Both the position numbers and the translations under genes were made by a program. Shown piece by piece: positions 1-10,594 of a DNA stretch of 64,000 bases (its first letter is position 1; the number at the start of each line of letters is the position of its first letter). The stretch is from Candidatus Pelagibacterales bacterium. GTDB lineage: Bacteria; Pseudomonadota; Alphaproteobacteria; Pelagibacterales; AG-422-B15. Under the pieces are notes generated by a model, which saw nothing but the letters and a program-made list of their open reading frames with translations, had not been told where the DNA came from and made no database searches. Location of the stretch: positions 21,028 to 85,027 of the forward strand of contig JAONQW010000003.1 of NCBI GenBank assembly GCA_028412835.1, in the 5' to 3' direction.

Positions 1-67
1 ACTTTTTTAAAAAACTTATTTAACTTATGTTTTAACCATAAACCTAAGTATAAAGATAATCAATTAT

Positions 68-694
68 ATGATTTTATTGATAGACTGTTCAAAAGGCCTA
101 AATCTTATTCTTGGAAATAAAAAAAAAATAATTCAGACACTAAATAAGCCAAGGACAAAAAAAGTATCAGAAGCTTTAGTCGTTGAAATTGAAAACCTAC
201 TTAATAGTTCTAGCAAGAGCTATAAAGACTTAACAAAGATAATTGTAATCAACGGACCTGGAAGTTTTACTGGAGTAAGAACAGGCGTGACAGTTGCGAA
301 GGTTTTAGCACTATCACTTAATATTCCAGTTTGTGGAATATCACAATTTGATCTTTTAAGTTTAGAATACTCGAAGATTCAACCAAATAAAGATCAGAAA
401 ATATATATTCATTTAAATAATCATAAATTTTTTTTCCAAAGTATTTTAAAATCTGGTAAAAAATCTGCAATTAGTATCGTTAATTTTGAAACTGATAAAC
501 TGACAGATATATTGGGATTTGATATTATTTCTGATGATAATAAAATTGTTAATTCGCTGAGAATAATTAGCAAACTCAATCAAAAATTGAACTTATTTAT
601 ATATAGAGACGTATTTTCTCTTTCTTATAAGAACCTAGTCAATTTGGCAGAAAACAAATATATTCCAAATCCAATATATGTTAAAACATTTTAA
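68..694 (+). CDS. tsaB: t6A tRNA modification protein TsaB (YeaZ-like)
   Basis: 208-aa ORF. 'NGPGSFTGVRTGVTVAKVLALSLNIP' matches the TsaB/YeaZ signature. It heads the alphaproteobacterial tsaB-fur-plsC-miaB array. Confidence 0.8.
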   Translation: MILLIDCSKGLNLILGNKKKIIQTLNKPRTKKVSEALVVEIENLLNSSSKSYKDLTKIIVINGPGSFTGVRTGVTVAKVLALSLNIPVCGISQFDLLSLEYSKIQPNKDQKIYIHLNNHKFFFQSILKSGKKSAISIVNFETDKLTDILGFDIISDDNKIVNSLRIISKLNQKLNLFIYRDVFSLSYKNLVNLAENKYIPNPIYVKTF

Positions 695-696
695 TA

Positions 697-1116
697 ATGA
701 TTGATTTAAAAAAAATATGCTTAGATAAAGGCCTGCGTATGACAGGTCAAAGAATAACTATTGCTGATATTATTACAGAATTAGGTGGACACCCAGCAGG
801 TCATCCAGATGTAAATTTAATTTATTTAAAGGCATCAGAAAAAGATAAAAATATTAGTATAGCTACAGTTTACCGAACAGTTAAATTATTTGAGGAATAC
901 GGTGTAATAGAAAAGCATGATTTTAAAGATGGTCGTTCTCGATATGAGCCAATTCAAGAATCTAATCATGACCATTTAATTGATATAGAAAGTGGTGATG
1001 TTTATGAATTTTCAAATAGTGAAATTGAATCTATCCAAAAGAAAATTGCAGACGAGCTGGGTTTTGAATTAGTTGATCATAGACTAGAACTCTATGGAAA
1101 AAAAATTAATAAATAG
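697..1116 (+). CDS. fur: Fur-family metalloregulator (Fur/Mur type, lacks the CxxC structural site)
   Basis: Has 'RMTGQRITI', 'IATVYRTVKLFEEYGVI' and 'NHDHLIDIESGDVYEF', a winged helix plus the HxH metal site typical of Fur. Position after tsaB matches the alphaproteobacterial fur locus. Confidence 0.8.
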   Translation: MIDLKKICLDKGLRMTGQRITIADIITELGGHPAGHPDVNLIYLKASEKDKNISIATVYRTVKLFEEYGVIEKHDFKDGRSRYEPIQESNHDHLIDIESGDVYEFSNSEIESIQKKIADELGFELVDHRLELYGKKINK

Positions 1117-1136
1117 ATATATTAATCATTTGTTGA

Positions 1137-1955
1137 ATGAAAATTATTAGTTTCACTTTATCATTATTAATAATTATATTTTTAATAATTCTGATACTTC
1201 CAATTCAAATTATCTCAAATATCTTCAATTTAAAACTCAAGTATAATGCGCCGTACTTTTTTTTTAAATTAATAAATTTCTTTATTGGAATAAATATTGA
1301 ATTAGATCAAGAAAGCCTTAATCATTTAAGGAATAAAAATGATATCGGTAATTTATATGTTTCAAATCATGTGTCTTGGATTGATATATTAACTATTGGC
1401 TCTTTAATAAAATCTCGATTTATTGCGAAAAAAGAAGTTAAAAAAATGGGTGTATTTGGATTTTTAGCAATTTTAAATAATACTTATTTTATCGATAATA
1501 CAAAAGCTACTAAATCTTTGGGATATTCTAAAGAGATACAAAAAAAATTATTAAAAGGACAAAATTTAATTCTTTTTCCAGAAGGAACTACATCAGATGG
1601 TAGTAGTTTGAGAAATTTTAAATCATCTTTCTTTGAGTCTGCTAATTCAAAATACGTTTGTCCTATTACAGGTAAGGAAAAATACATTAGAGTTCAACCA
1701 ATAACACTATGCTACTTAAAAAAAAATGGCCTTCCTATGGGCACAGCGTCTCGAAGAGAGATAGCATGGATTGGTTCTTATCCAATTATTAAACTAATGT
1801 TAGATTATTTAAAAATGGGGAATGTTACTATAAATATAAAGATTCATGATTCAGTTACCATCAAAGATTTTGGTGATAGAAAAAAATTAAGTGCATATTG
1901 TGAAGATACAATCCTTGCAAATTTATTAGATACACTTCATTCTAACTCTATATGA
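1137..1955 (+). CDS. Lysophospholipid (1-acyl-sn-glycerol-3-phosphate) acyltransferase family protein
   Basis: N-terminal TM segment, an HX4D motif 'NHVSWID' and 'FPEGTTSDG', the PlsC-family acyltransferase blocks. Confidence 0.75.
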   Translation: MKIISFTLSLLIIIFLIILILPIQIISNIFNLKLKYNAPYFFFKLINFFIGINIELDQESLNHLRNKNDIGNLYVSNHVSWIDILTIGSLIKSRFIAKKEVKKMGVFGFLAILNNTYFIDNTKATKSLGYSKEIQKKLLKGQNLILFPEGTTSDGSSLRNFKSSFFESANSKYVCPITGKEKYIRVQPITLCYLKKNGLPMGTASRREIAWIGSYPIIKLMLDYLKMGNVTINIKIHDSVTIKDFGDRKKLSAYCEDTILANLLDTLHSNSI

Positions 1956-3274
1956 AAGATAAATCATTTTTTATAAAGTCTTATGGCTGTCAGATGAACG
2001 AATATGATAGTGAAAAGATATCATCATTACTATTAAAAGATGGTTATTCAAATATCAATGATATCAATAAAGCAGATTTAATAGTTTTTAATACTTGTAA
2101 TATTAGAGAAAAAGCAGCACAAAAAGTCTATTCAGATATAGGAAGAGTAACAAAAAAAAATAACAATAAAACAATTGCGCTTGTTGGATGTGTTGCTCAA
2201 GCAGAAAATGATGAAATTTTTAAAAAAAATAAGGATGTAGATATAGTTTTAGGCCCACAAAGTTATCACTTGTTACCCAAAATGATTGATACTCATAACG
2301 AGTATCAAAAAAAACAAATTAATACTGACTTTATCATTAATGAAAAATTTGATTTTGTTCATGAAGAAAAAAGTCCTAAAGGAGTATCGTCCTACCTAAC
2401 AATACAAGAGGGATGTGATAAATTTTGTGCTTTTTGTGTGGTCCCTTTTACGAGAGGACCAGAATACTCAAGATCAGTTAATAATATTGTCGAAGAGACA
2501 AAATCTTTAATAGACCGTGGTACACGAGAAATAATTTTACTTGGACAGAATGTTAATGCTTACAATTATAATGATGAAAAAAATATAACTTATAATATTT
2601 CAAAACTTATTGATGAAATAAGTCAATTAGAAGGAGTTAAAAGAATTCGATACACAACATCTCATCCTAATAATATGGATCAAGAATTAATACGTATACA
2701 TGGTTCAAATGAAAAATTAATGCCATTTTTACACTTACCTGTTCAATCTGGATCAAATGAAATACTTAAAAATATGAATAGAAAATATAGCGTTGATGAA
2801 TATAAGAAAATTATAGATGATTTAAAAAAAGTGCGCTCAGACATTGAAATATCATCAGATTTTATTGTTGGGTTTCCTGGTGAGACTGAAAAAGATTTTC
2901 AGAAAACACTTGATTTAATTGATTATGTTCAATTTAAGCAATCTTATTCTTTTATTTACAGCGAAAGACCAGGAACTAAAGCAGCAAATATAAAAGATTT
3001 AACCCCCTCAGATGAAAAAAAATTAAGACTAAAAATTTTACAAAAAAAATTAGAGGTAATTCAATTAAAATTTAATACATCATTTTGTAATAAAAATATA
3101 ACAAATGTTCTTATAGAGAACCAGAGTCAAAGCAATCCAGAGTACTACTTTGGTAGAAGTGCGTTTTTGCAACCAGTTTATGTTAAGGCTAAAAATTTAG
3201 ACGTTGGTGATATTGTTCCAATTGGAATTGAAACTTGCAATCACAAGAGTTTATATGGTACTGTAATCCATTAA
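1952..3274 (+). CDS. miaB: tRNA-2-methylthio-N6-dimethylallyladenosine synthase (radical SAM)
   Basis: Has 'IKSYGCQMNEYDSE', the radical-SAM 'CDKFCAFCVVP' motif and a C-terminal TRAM-like region. ATGA overlap with the upstream gene. Confidence 0.9.
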   Translation: MKDKSFFIKSYGCQMNEYDSEKISSLLLKDGYSNINDINKADLIVFNTCNIREKAAQKVYSDIGRVTKKNNNKTIALVGCVAQAENDEIFKKNKDVDIVLGPQSYHLLPKMIDTHNEYQKKQINTDFIINEKFDFVHEEKSPKGVSSYLTIQEGCDKFCAFCVVPFTRGPEYSRSVNNIVEETKSLIDRGTREIILLGQNVNAYNYNDEKNITYNISKLIDEISQLEGVKRIRYTTSHPNNMDQELIRIHGSNEKLMPFLHLPVQSGSNEILKNMNRKYSVDEYKKIIDDLKKVRSDIEISSDFIVGFPGETEKDFQKTLDLIDYVQFKQSYSFIYSERPGTKAANIKDLTPSDEKKLRLKILQKKLEVIQLKFNTSFCNKNITNVLIENQSQSNPEYYFGRSAFLQPVYVKAKNLDVGDIVPIGIETCNHKSLYGTVIH

Positions 3275-3288
3275 ATATCTAATAAAAA

Positions 3289-4311
3289 TTGAAAAAAGTT
3301 TTAGAGCAAAAATTCGAACAAGCTATGGCAGGTGAAAACAACTCAACTGTTATTAAACTAGAAAACTCTCTTATCGTTGAAATTCTTGGAATTAATAATG
3401 AAAATTTATTTTTCTGTGAGGCAAAACTAAACTTACAAATTCTCCAAAAGGGAAATATTATCATTATTCATGGAGCTAAAAAAAATAGAGACATAGTAAA
3501 AAATACGATAATTCAATTATCAAAAGAATTAAAAAATTTAGACCAAAAGAACCAAAATAGTTTTCAGGAGATTTTATATATGCAAATCAATAATGATTTA
3601 AATGAGGATAATATTAAAAATTTTACAGTTGCTAAGACAAGCAAGTTGTCTGTAACAGGAAAAACTCAAAAGCAAAATGAGTATTTAGAGGCCTTGTATT
3701 CAAAACAAATTGTTTTTGGTATTGGTCCAGCTGGTACAGGAAAAACATATTTAGCCGTTGCAGCAGCAGTAGCGCAACTACTTGAAGGTAAGTATGATAG
3801 AATAATTTTATCAAGACCAGCTGTTGAAGCTGGAGAAAAATTAGGATTCTTACCAGGTGATATAAAAGAAAAAGTAGATCCATACCTTAGACCCTTCTAC
3901 GATGCAATTTACGAATTACTCCCAATGGATGAAGCTTTAAGAAAAATACAGTCCTCAATGATTGAAATAGCTCCTTTAGCTTTTATGAGAGGAAGAACTT
4001 TAAATAATGCATTTGTAATTTTAGATGAAGCGCAAAATGCTACTAGTACTCAGATCAAAATGTTTCTAACAAGATGTGGTAAAAATTCAAGAATGGTAGT
4101 AAATGGAGATCCTTCACAAGTAGATTTACCAAAACATATAGGTTCTGGATTAATTGATTCTATGCAAGCTTTGGAACAGTTATCAGAAGTTGGCATTACT
4201 AATTTTTCTAAAAAAGATATTGTTAGAGATGAAATCGTATCCAAAATAATTGATGCTTACGAAAGTTATAATAAATATAAATCTGATTTAGTAAGTTCAT
4301 ATGACGGTTAA
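3289..4311 (+). CDS. ybeZ: PhoH-like ATPase (YbeZ)
   Basis: Walker A 'GPAGTGKTYLAVA' and 'FVILDEAQN'. Conserved miaB-phoH-ybeY-corC order. The track start is TTG; an ATG 12 codons downstream is an alternative. Confidence 0.85.
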   Translation: MKKVLEQKFEQAMAGENNSTVIKLENSLIVEILGINNENLFFCEAKLNLQILQKGNIIIIHGAKKNRDIVKNTIIQLSKELKNLDQKNQNSFQEILYMQINNDLNEDNIKNFTVAKTSKLSVTGKTQKQNEYLEALYSKQIVFGIGPAGTGKTYLAVAAAVAQLLEGKYDRIILSRPAVEAGEKLGFLPGDIKEKVDPYLRPFYDAIYELLPMDEALRKIQSSMIEIAPLAFMRGRTLNNAFVILDEAQNATSTQIKMFLTRCGKNSRMVVNGDPSQVDLPKHIGSGLIDSMQALEQLSEVGITNFSKKDIVRDEIVSKIIDAYESYNKYKSDLVSSYDG

Positions 4312-4756
4312 TATAGATTTCTCAGTTCTAGACAAGCGATGGAATCAATCTTTACCAAACTTTAAAAAAATTATAAGCAACGCCTCAAACAATGTATTTG
4401 ATGAATTAAATCAATTTAAAGATAAGAACTATGAAATCAGTTTTATGATGGTGGATAATAAATATATTAAAGAATTAAATGCAAACTATAGATCAAAAGA
4501 TAGGGCTACTAACGTTTTATCATTTCCAATGATAGATAAGAATTCACTTAAACACGAAAATATATTAGGCGATGTTGTTATATCGATTGATAAGATATTA
4601 AGTGAGTCTAAAGATCTGAAAATAGAAGTTGATGAGTATCTGGCAAAAATTTCGATTCATGGAATATTACATCTTTTAGGGTATGATCATGTTTCTGATA
4701 ATGATTATGAAGTTATGAATAGAGTTGAAGAAAAAATTATAAAAAAAATTATATGA
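4301..4756 (+). CDS. ybeY: rRNA maturation endoribonuclease YbeY
   Basis: Zinc motif 'HGILHLLGYDH'. Overlaps the phoH end by 11 nt. Confidence 0.9.
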   Translation: MTVNIDFSVLDKRWNQSLPNFKKIISNASNNVFDELNQFKDKNYEISFMMVDNKYIKELNANYRSKDRATNVLSFPMIDKNSLKHENILGDVVISIDKILSESKDLKIEVDEYLAKISIHGILHLLGYDHVSDNDYEVMNRVEEKIIKKII

Positions 4757-5580
4757 TAAAAAAATTACTTAGTAGCCTTTTTTTACGGAATGTTGTTGAT
4801 AAGACAAATATTAAAGAGGATTTAGAAACTGTTTTAGACAACAAGTCTAAAAATACTGATGGTATTTCTAAGCAAGAAAGAATTATGCTAATGAATATTC
4901 TAAAGATTGATGAAATTCTTGCTAGAGATATTATGATTCCAAGAGCTGAGATCATTGCAGTTGAAGAAAGTATCTCCTTTGAAGAAGTAATAAAAATTTT
5001 TGTGGATGGTGCACATTCCAGAATACCAATTTATCATGAGCAACTTGATAATATAACTGGAATGCTTCATATAAAAGACTTAGTAAAGTACCAGGTTGAA
5101 AATGATACAAAAAATAATTTCATAGATAGTATTAAAAAAGAAATTTTACATATTCCTCCTTCAATGCCAGCCTTAGATCTATTAATAAAGATGCAGTTAA
5201 CCAGACTTCATATGGGTGTAGTAATAGATGAATATGGTGGTGTAGATGGTCTTATTACCATTGAGGATGTAATTGAAGAAATAACTGGAGAAATTGAAGA
5301 TGAGCATGATGCTAAAGATATCTCAATGTTGATTAAGCTTAGTTCAAACACATTTGAGTCTAATGCACGACTTCCTATTGAAGAATTAGAAAAAATAGCA
5401 CACATAAAGTTATCAAAAGGTGATGAAGAAGCAGATACTATTGGAGGTCTAGTGGTATCAGTAGCAGGAAGAGTGCCACAACGTGGTGAAATTATTAAAC
5501 ATGAATCTGGAATTTTATTTACAATACTTGATGCGGACCCTAGAAGAATAAAAACAATAAAGATCTCATTATCGAAATAA
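4753..5580 (+). CDS. corC: CBS-domain CorC/TlyC-family protein (Mg/Co efflux-associated, hemolysin-like)
   Basis: Has 'ARDIMIPRAEIIAV', a CBS pair and a C-terminal CorC_HlyC-like domain. ATGA overlap with ybeY. Confidence 0.8.
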   Translation: MIKKLLSSLFLRNVVDKTNIKEDLETVLDNKSKNTDGISKQERIMLMNILKIDEILARDIMIPRAEIIAVEESISFEEVIKIFVDGAHSRIPIYHEQLDNITGMLHIKDLVKYQVENDTKNNFIDSIKKEILHIPPSMPALDLLIKMQLTRLHMGVVIDEYGGVDGLITIEDVIEEITGEIEDEHDAKDISMLIKLSSNTFESNARLPIEELEKIAHIKLSKGDEEADTIGGLVVSVAGRVPQRGEIIKHESGILFTILDADPRRIKTIKISLSK

Positions 5581-7023
5581 ATGCTGTTAAGTATTTTACA
5601 GCCTCAGTCTCAAAAACTTTTTTTTATTCAAGCATTCTTATTGGGTATTTTTTTATCTTTAGGCTTTGATCCCTATAATATACCATTTCTATCATTGCTA
5701 GCCATAGGCTTGCTATTTAAATTAAATAATCAATTTTACTTAAAATATAAAAAATCCTACAAAGGATTTTTCTTGATTGGTGTTGCTTTTGGATTTGGTT
5801 TTTTTATTTCTAGTACTTATTGGATCTCTAACGCTTTAATTGTTTATGGGGGAGATATTAAATATCTATTACCTTTTTCAATTATCTTACTGCCATTGAT
5901 TCTGAGTATGTTTTATGGCTTCATGCAAATTTTTAATTGTTTATTTTGGGATAATAGTAATGCAAAGATTTTTTATTTCACTGTATTTTGGATAATATTT
6001 GAAATTTTAAGAAGTTATATGTTTACCGGATTACCATGGAACTTGATCTGTTATAGCTGGACATGGTCTCCTCACTTTACACAATCTTTATCATTAGTAG
6101 GTCCGTATGGTCTTGGTATAATATCTGTATTCTGCTCATGTGCTCTCTTTTCTTTTAGATTAAAATCTGTAAATATATTTATTGCAACATCAGCAATATT
6201 AATTTTAGTTTTAACTTTCTTTTATGGATTTAATAGAATTAAAAACTATGAAGAAATATATATTGAAAACTTTGATGTGAGAATAATTGGAACTTACATA
6301 AATCAAAAAGATAAGTGGTCAGAAAGCACAAAAGATATAGTCAGAAAAATGCTATCAGAAGATGATTTAACCATAATACCTGAGACAATGGCAGGACTAA
6401 AACCATTTAAAAAACAAAATTTGATTCAAGGTTTTCTTAGAAAAGAAGAAGACAGATACTATAATTCGATGGCTTATAATGGTTATGTATATGATAAAAA
6501 ACATTTAGTGCCATTTGGAGAATATTTCCCTTTTTCAAATATTATTAATAAAACTTTTTTATCTAATTACCTTAATACAGATTCACTATCTAAAGGTGAA
6601 AATAAATATTTCCCACCATCCATAATTCCTCTAATTTGTTATGAAGGAATATTCACAAATATTGTTGGAAATAACAGAAAATTAGGAGCAAAGCTCTTAG
6701 TTAATATAACTAATGATGCCTGGTTTGGAAAGAACACTGGACCACTGCAACATTTTACTCATGTGAAATATAGGGCAATAGAAGAAGGATTGCCATTGGC
6801 AAGATCAAGTAATATGGGATTTTCTGGCCTTATAAATCCTTTAGGTAAAATAATTTATCAAGTAGAAAAAGATAGAAATTTCTATATCGATGTAAAGATA
6901 CCAACAGAAGTAGTAACATTTTATTCAAAGTATAGATTTAAAATTGTATATTTTTTATTAGTATTTTTATCAATGATTGGTTACTTTACACAAATATTAT
7001 ATAAAAAAAATAAGTCAGTATGA
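5581..7023 (+). CDS. lnt: Apolipoprotein N-acyltransferase
   Basis: Polytopic N-terminus followed by a CN-hydrolase domain with the catalytic-Cys context 'PLICYEGIF'. Position after corC is conserved. Confidence 0.8.
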   Translation: MLLSILQPQSQKLFFIQAFLLGIFLSLGFDPYNIPFLSLLAIGLLFKLNNQFYLKYKKSYKGFFLIGVAFGFGFFISSTYWISNALIVYGGDIKYLLPFSIILLPLILSMFYGFMQIFNCLFWDNSNAKIFYFTVFWIIFEILRSYMFTGLPWNLICYSWTWSPHFTQSLSLVGPYGLGIISVFCSCALFSFRLKSVNIFIATSAILILVLTFFYGFNRIKNYEEIYIENFDVRIIGTYINQKDKWSESTKDIVRKMLSEDDLTIIPETMAGLKPFKKQNLIQGFLRKEEDRYYNSMAYNGYVYDKKHLVPFGEYFPFSNIINKTFLSNYLNTDSLSKGENKYFPPSIIPLICYEGIFTNIVGNNRKLGAKLLVNITNDAWFGKNTGPLQHFTHVKYRAIEEGLPLARSSNMGFSGLINPLGKIIYQVEKDRNFYIDVKIPTEVVTFYSKYRFKIVYFLLVFLSMIGYFTQILYKKNKSV

Positions 7024-8183
7024 GTGAAGAGTTTTTATTTACTAGTGAGTCAGTTTCTGAAGGTCATCCAGATAAAGTATCAGATATAATATCAGATTCT
7101 ATTGTTGATGACTTTATGAGTCAGTCGAACCCAGAGAATGCAAGAGTAGCTGTTGAGACACTAGTAACAACTAATAAGATAGTTGTGGCTGGTGAAGTTC
7201 GAGGTCCAGAAAATTATAATTGTAAGTATGAGGAACTAGCAAGAAATGCTGTTAGGGAAATTGGTTATGAGCAATCAGGTTTTCACTGGAAAGATTTATC
7301 CTTTGAATCATATGTACACAGTCAATCAGCTGATATAGCTCAAGGTGTAGATTCCTCAGATAGCAAAGACCAAGGAGCTGGAGATCAAGGTATTATGTTT
7401 GGTTATGCATGTAAGGAAACACCCAGCTTAATGCCTGCACCAATTTATTATTCTCATTTAATTTTGCAAGATCTTGCTAAAGCAAGAAAAGATAAGACTA
7501 TTGCTGGAATACAACCTGATTCTAAAAGCCAAGTTACTCTTAAATATATTGATGGTAAACCAACAGCGTGTACATCAGTGGTAGTTTCAACGCAACATGA
7601 TGAAGGGCTGACGTCTCCAGATATTAAAGAAATTATCATGCCATTTATAAAAAATGCAATGCCAAGTGAATGGCTTTCAAATGATACTGAGTATCATATT
7701 AATCCAACTGGAAAATTTGTAATTGGTGGACCTGATGGAGACACTGGTTTAACAGGTAGAAAAATTATTGTCGACACTTACGGTGGGGCAGCACCTCATG
7801 GTGGAGGAGCATTTTCTGGGAAAGACCCAACAAAAGTTGATAGATCAGCCGCTTATATAACTAGATACCTAGCGAAAAATATAGTTGCATCTGGCATAGC
7901 TGAAAAATGTACATTGCAAATTGCATACGCTATTGGAGTAGCTGAACCGATTTCAATTTATGCAAATACTTATGGTACATCTAATATAGATGAAACTAAA
8001 CTTATAAAATGTGTAAGAGAAATTGTCGACCTATCTCCAAGAGGAATAAGAGATCACCTAAAACTTAATCAACCTATATATAAAAGAACAGCTGCCTATG
8101 GGCATTTCGGCAGAGAATCCGAATCAGATGGTGGATTTTCATGGGAAAAATTAGACATAGTAGACGAATTAAAAAATATTTAA
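7020..8183 (+). CDS. metK: S-adenosylmethionine synthetase
   Basis: Has '[13 protein letters not shown]', '[12 protein letters not shown]' and '[16 protein letters not shown]'. Confidence 0.95.
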   Translation: MSEEFLFTSESVSEGHPDKVSDIISDSIVDDFMSQSNPENARVAVETLVTTNKIVVAGEVRGPENYNCKYEELARNAVREIGYEQSGFHWKDLSFESYVHSQSADIAQGVDSSDSKDQGAGDQGIMFGYACKETPSLMPAPIYYSHLILQDLAKARKDKTIAGIQPDSKSQVTLKYIDGKPTACTSVVVSTQHDEGLTSPDIKEIIMPFIKNAMPSEWLSNDTEYHINPTGKFVIGGPDGDTGLTGRKIIVDTYGGAAPHGGGAFSGKDPTKVDRSAAYITRYLAKNIVASGIAEKCTLQIAYAIGVAEPISIYANTYGTSNIDETKLIKCVREIVDLSPRGIRDHLKLNQPIYKRTAAYGHFGRESESDGGFSWEKLDIVDELKNI

Positions 8184-8186
8184 ATT

Positions 8187-8903
8187 TTGTTATTTAGATT
8201 AAAAAATTCTTTTCCCACTTATTATAGATATTATGGGAGAAGAATTGCTAAAAGATTATCACCTTCACTTAGCAATATATTTGAAAATAACTATGATCAA
8301 TTTTCTATTGATAAAGATATCCTCAATATAATTTCAAATAAATCGAAAAATAAAAATTATATTTTAAATAAAAATTTTAAAAAAAATGTCATAGAGATTG
8401 GCTTTGGAGATGGTGAACATTTATTATCTCAAGTACAAATCAATAAAGACACCCATTTCATTGGATGTGAAGTTTTTGTCAATGGCTTGGGAAAAGTATT
8501 AAAAAAAATAGTTGATTTAAATTTAGTTAATATAAAACTTTGTGGCTTAAACTGTTTGCATCTTGTAAATAGCTTAGAAGAATCATCAGTAGATCAAATT
8601 TTTATAATAAATCCAGATCCATGGGAAAAGAAAAGGCACTTTAAAAGAAGACTACTTAACAAGGAATTTATTTCACTACTTTACAAAAAAATTAAAAGAG
8701 GGGGGAATATTGTGATTACAACAGACTCATCATCTTATTATAACCAAATATCCGAAATTATTGAAAATGAAGAAATAGATTTTGAAAAAATTAATAAAAA
8801 TATTATTAATTCAGGTGATAAATTTTATGATATTTCTAAATATCAAAAAAAAGGGATAGTTAGGGGGCGAAAAATTTATTTAGTTGAGCTATGTAAAATA
8901 TAA
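8187..8903 (+). CDS. trmB: tRNA (guanine-N7)-methyltransferase
   Basis: Has 'EIGFGDGEH' and 'NPDPWEKKRHFKRRL'. TTG start in the track. Confidence 0.8.
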   Translation: MLFRLKNSFPTYYRYYGRRIAKRLSPSLSNIFENNYDQFSIDKDILNIISNKSKNKNYILNKNFKKNVIEIGFGDGEHLLSQVQINKDTHFIGCEVFVNGLGKVLKKIVDLNLVNIKLCGLNCLHLVNSLEESSVDQIFIINPDPWEKKRHFKRRLLNKEFISLLYKKIKRGGNIVITTDSSSYYNQISEIIENEEIDFEKINKNIINSGDKFYDISKYQKKGIVRGRKIYLVELCKI

Positions 8904-8986
8904 CCTATTGATATATATAGTATTTTTATGTTCTTGATTTATAAAATATGACTGTGTATAAGTCACTATACATTTTAGTAAAATGC

Positions 8987-9014
8987 AAAAGTGGGTTAAG
9001 CCCACTTTTTTTTT
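8987..9014 (+). terminator. Rho-independent terminator after trmB
   Basis: The stem AAAAGTGGG/CCCACTTTT has a TTAAG loop and runs into a run of 9 T (9006-9014). Confidence 0.7.
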
Positions 9015-9040
9015 AGATAATGATCAAGGTAAATTAAATA

Positions 9041-10576
9041 ATGGTAAGTGCTAATAAAATTGAAATATTAAGAATTGCTGAAGCGGTAGCGCAAGAAAAG
9101 ATGATCGATAAAGAGATTGTTATTTCTGCCTTAGAAGAAGCTATGGTTAAAGCTGCAAAAAATAGTTATGGCGAAGAAAATGACGTTTTTGCAGAGATTG
9201 ATACAGAAACAGGACAAATTTCATTATCAAGAAAAATGTTAGTGGTTGAAGATGTACAAAATAAATTCTCTGAAATATCTTTGAAAGATGCTCAAGCCAT
9301 AAATTCTGTTGCAGAAATAGGTGATGAATTATTAGACCCACTACCACCTTTAGATTTTGGTAGAGTTGCAGCTCAGGCTGCCAAGCAAGTTATTACATCA
9401 AAAGTAAGAGAAGCAGAGCGTGCAAGACAGTATGATGAATTTAAAGATAAAATTGGACAAATCGTCAATGGTATTGTGAAGCGAACTGAATTTGGAAATA
9501 TAATCTTAGATTTAGGAAAAGCTGAGGGTATTATAAAAAGAGATCAAGGTATCCCAAGAGAAAGTCTAAGAAATGGTGATAGAGTAAAAGCTTATATCTA
9601 TGAAGTAAAATCAGAAACAAAAGGACCACAGATTTTTTTATCACGTGCACATCCTCAATTCATGGCGATGCTATTTACGCAAGAAGTGCCAGAAATTTAT
9701 GATGGAATTATTCAAATTAAAAAAGTTGCTAGAGATCCAGGGAGTAGAGCTAAAATAGCAGTATCTACCAGTGATGGTTCGATTGATCCTGTAGGAGCTT
9801 GTGTTGGTATGCGTGGTAGCAGAGTCCAAGCAGTTGTTAATGAATTACAAGGAGAGAAAATAGATATTATAAATTGGTCAGAAAGTTTACCCAATTTAGC
9901 AATTTCTTCATTGGCACCTGCAGAAGTTTTAAAAGTAGTTTTAGATGAAGAACAAAATAAAATAGAAGTAGTAGTAGATGAATCTCATTTAAGCTTAGCA
10001 ATAGGTCGTAGAGGTCAAAATGTTAAGCTGGCATCAGATTTAACTGGCTTTGATATAGATATTTTAACTGAAGCAGAAGAATCAACAAAGAGACAAGCAG
10101 ACTTTTTAGAAAAGACAAATATGATTGTGGAAGCTATTGACGTAGACGAAACATTAGCTCAACTGTTAGTTAGTGAAGGTTTTTCCTCCATTGAAGAAAT
10201 AGCAGGTACAGACAAATCTGAATTTTCTAATATAGAAGGATTTGATGAAGAAATAGTAGATGAATTAGTAAACAGATCTTCTGCTTATTTAGAAAAAACT
10301 GAAGAGGATAATAAAAAAATATTAAATGATTTAAAAGTGGAGAGTAAGTTTATTGAATTTTGGCAACTTAGTACATCAATGTTAGTCGCTTTGGCTAAAA
10401 ATGAAATTAAAACCTTGGATGATTTTGCAGGATTAACAACGGATGATTTAATTGGATATTTTGAAGATAAGCATGATAAAAATAGCAGAGTAAGTGGAAT
10501 GCTAGATGGCTTTAACTTAACTAGAGATGAAGCAGACCAATTAATCTTAGAAGCAAGGAAAATATGGCTTAATTAA
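9041..10576 (+). CDS. nusA: Transcription termination/antitermination factor NusA
   Basis: N-terminal domain, S1 and two KH domains ('GACVGMRGSRVQAV', 'LAIGRRGQNVKLA') plus C-terminal acidic repeats. Followed by infB. Confidence 0.95.
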   Translation: MVSANKIEILRIAEAVAQEKMIDKEIVISALEEAMVKAAKNSYGEENDVFAEIDTETGQISLSRKMLVVEDVQNKFSEISLKDAQAINSVAEIGDELLDPLPPLDFGRVAAQAAKQVITSKVREAERARQYDEFKDKIGQIVNGIVKRTEFGNIILDLGKAEGIIKRDQGIPRESLRNGDRVKAYIYEVKSETKGPQIFLSRAHPQFMAMLFTQEVPEIYDGIIQIKKVARDPGSRAKIAVSTSDGSIDPVGACVGMRGSRVQAVVNELQGEKIDIINWSESLPNLAISSLAPAEVLKVVLDEEQNKIEVVVDESHLSLAIGRRGQNVKLASDLTGFDIDILTEAEESTKRQADFLEKTNMIVEAIDVDETLAQLLVSEGFSSIEEIAGTDKSEFSNIEGFDEEIVDELVNRSSAYLEKTEEDNKKILNDLKVESKFIEFWQLSTSMLVALAKNEIKTLDDFAGLTTDDLIGYFEDKHDKNSRVSGMLDGFNLTRDEADQLILEARKIWLN

Positions 10577-10594
10577 TAGCTATAAAAAATTAAA

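Noticed and set aside
9016-9024. GATAATGAT, which matches the first half of the classical Fur box, just upstream of nusA.
   Set aside because: The second half does not match. nusA is not a plausible Fur target, and alphaproteobacterial Fur/Mur sites differ from the classical box.
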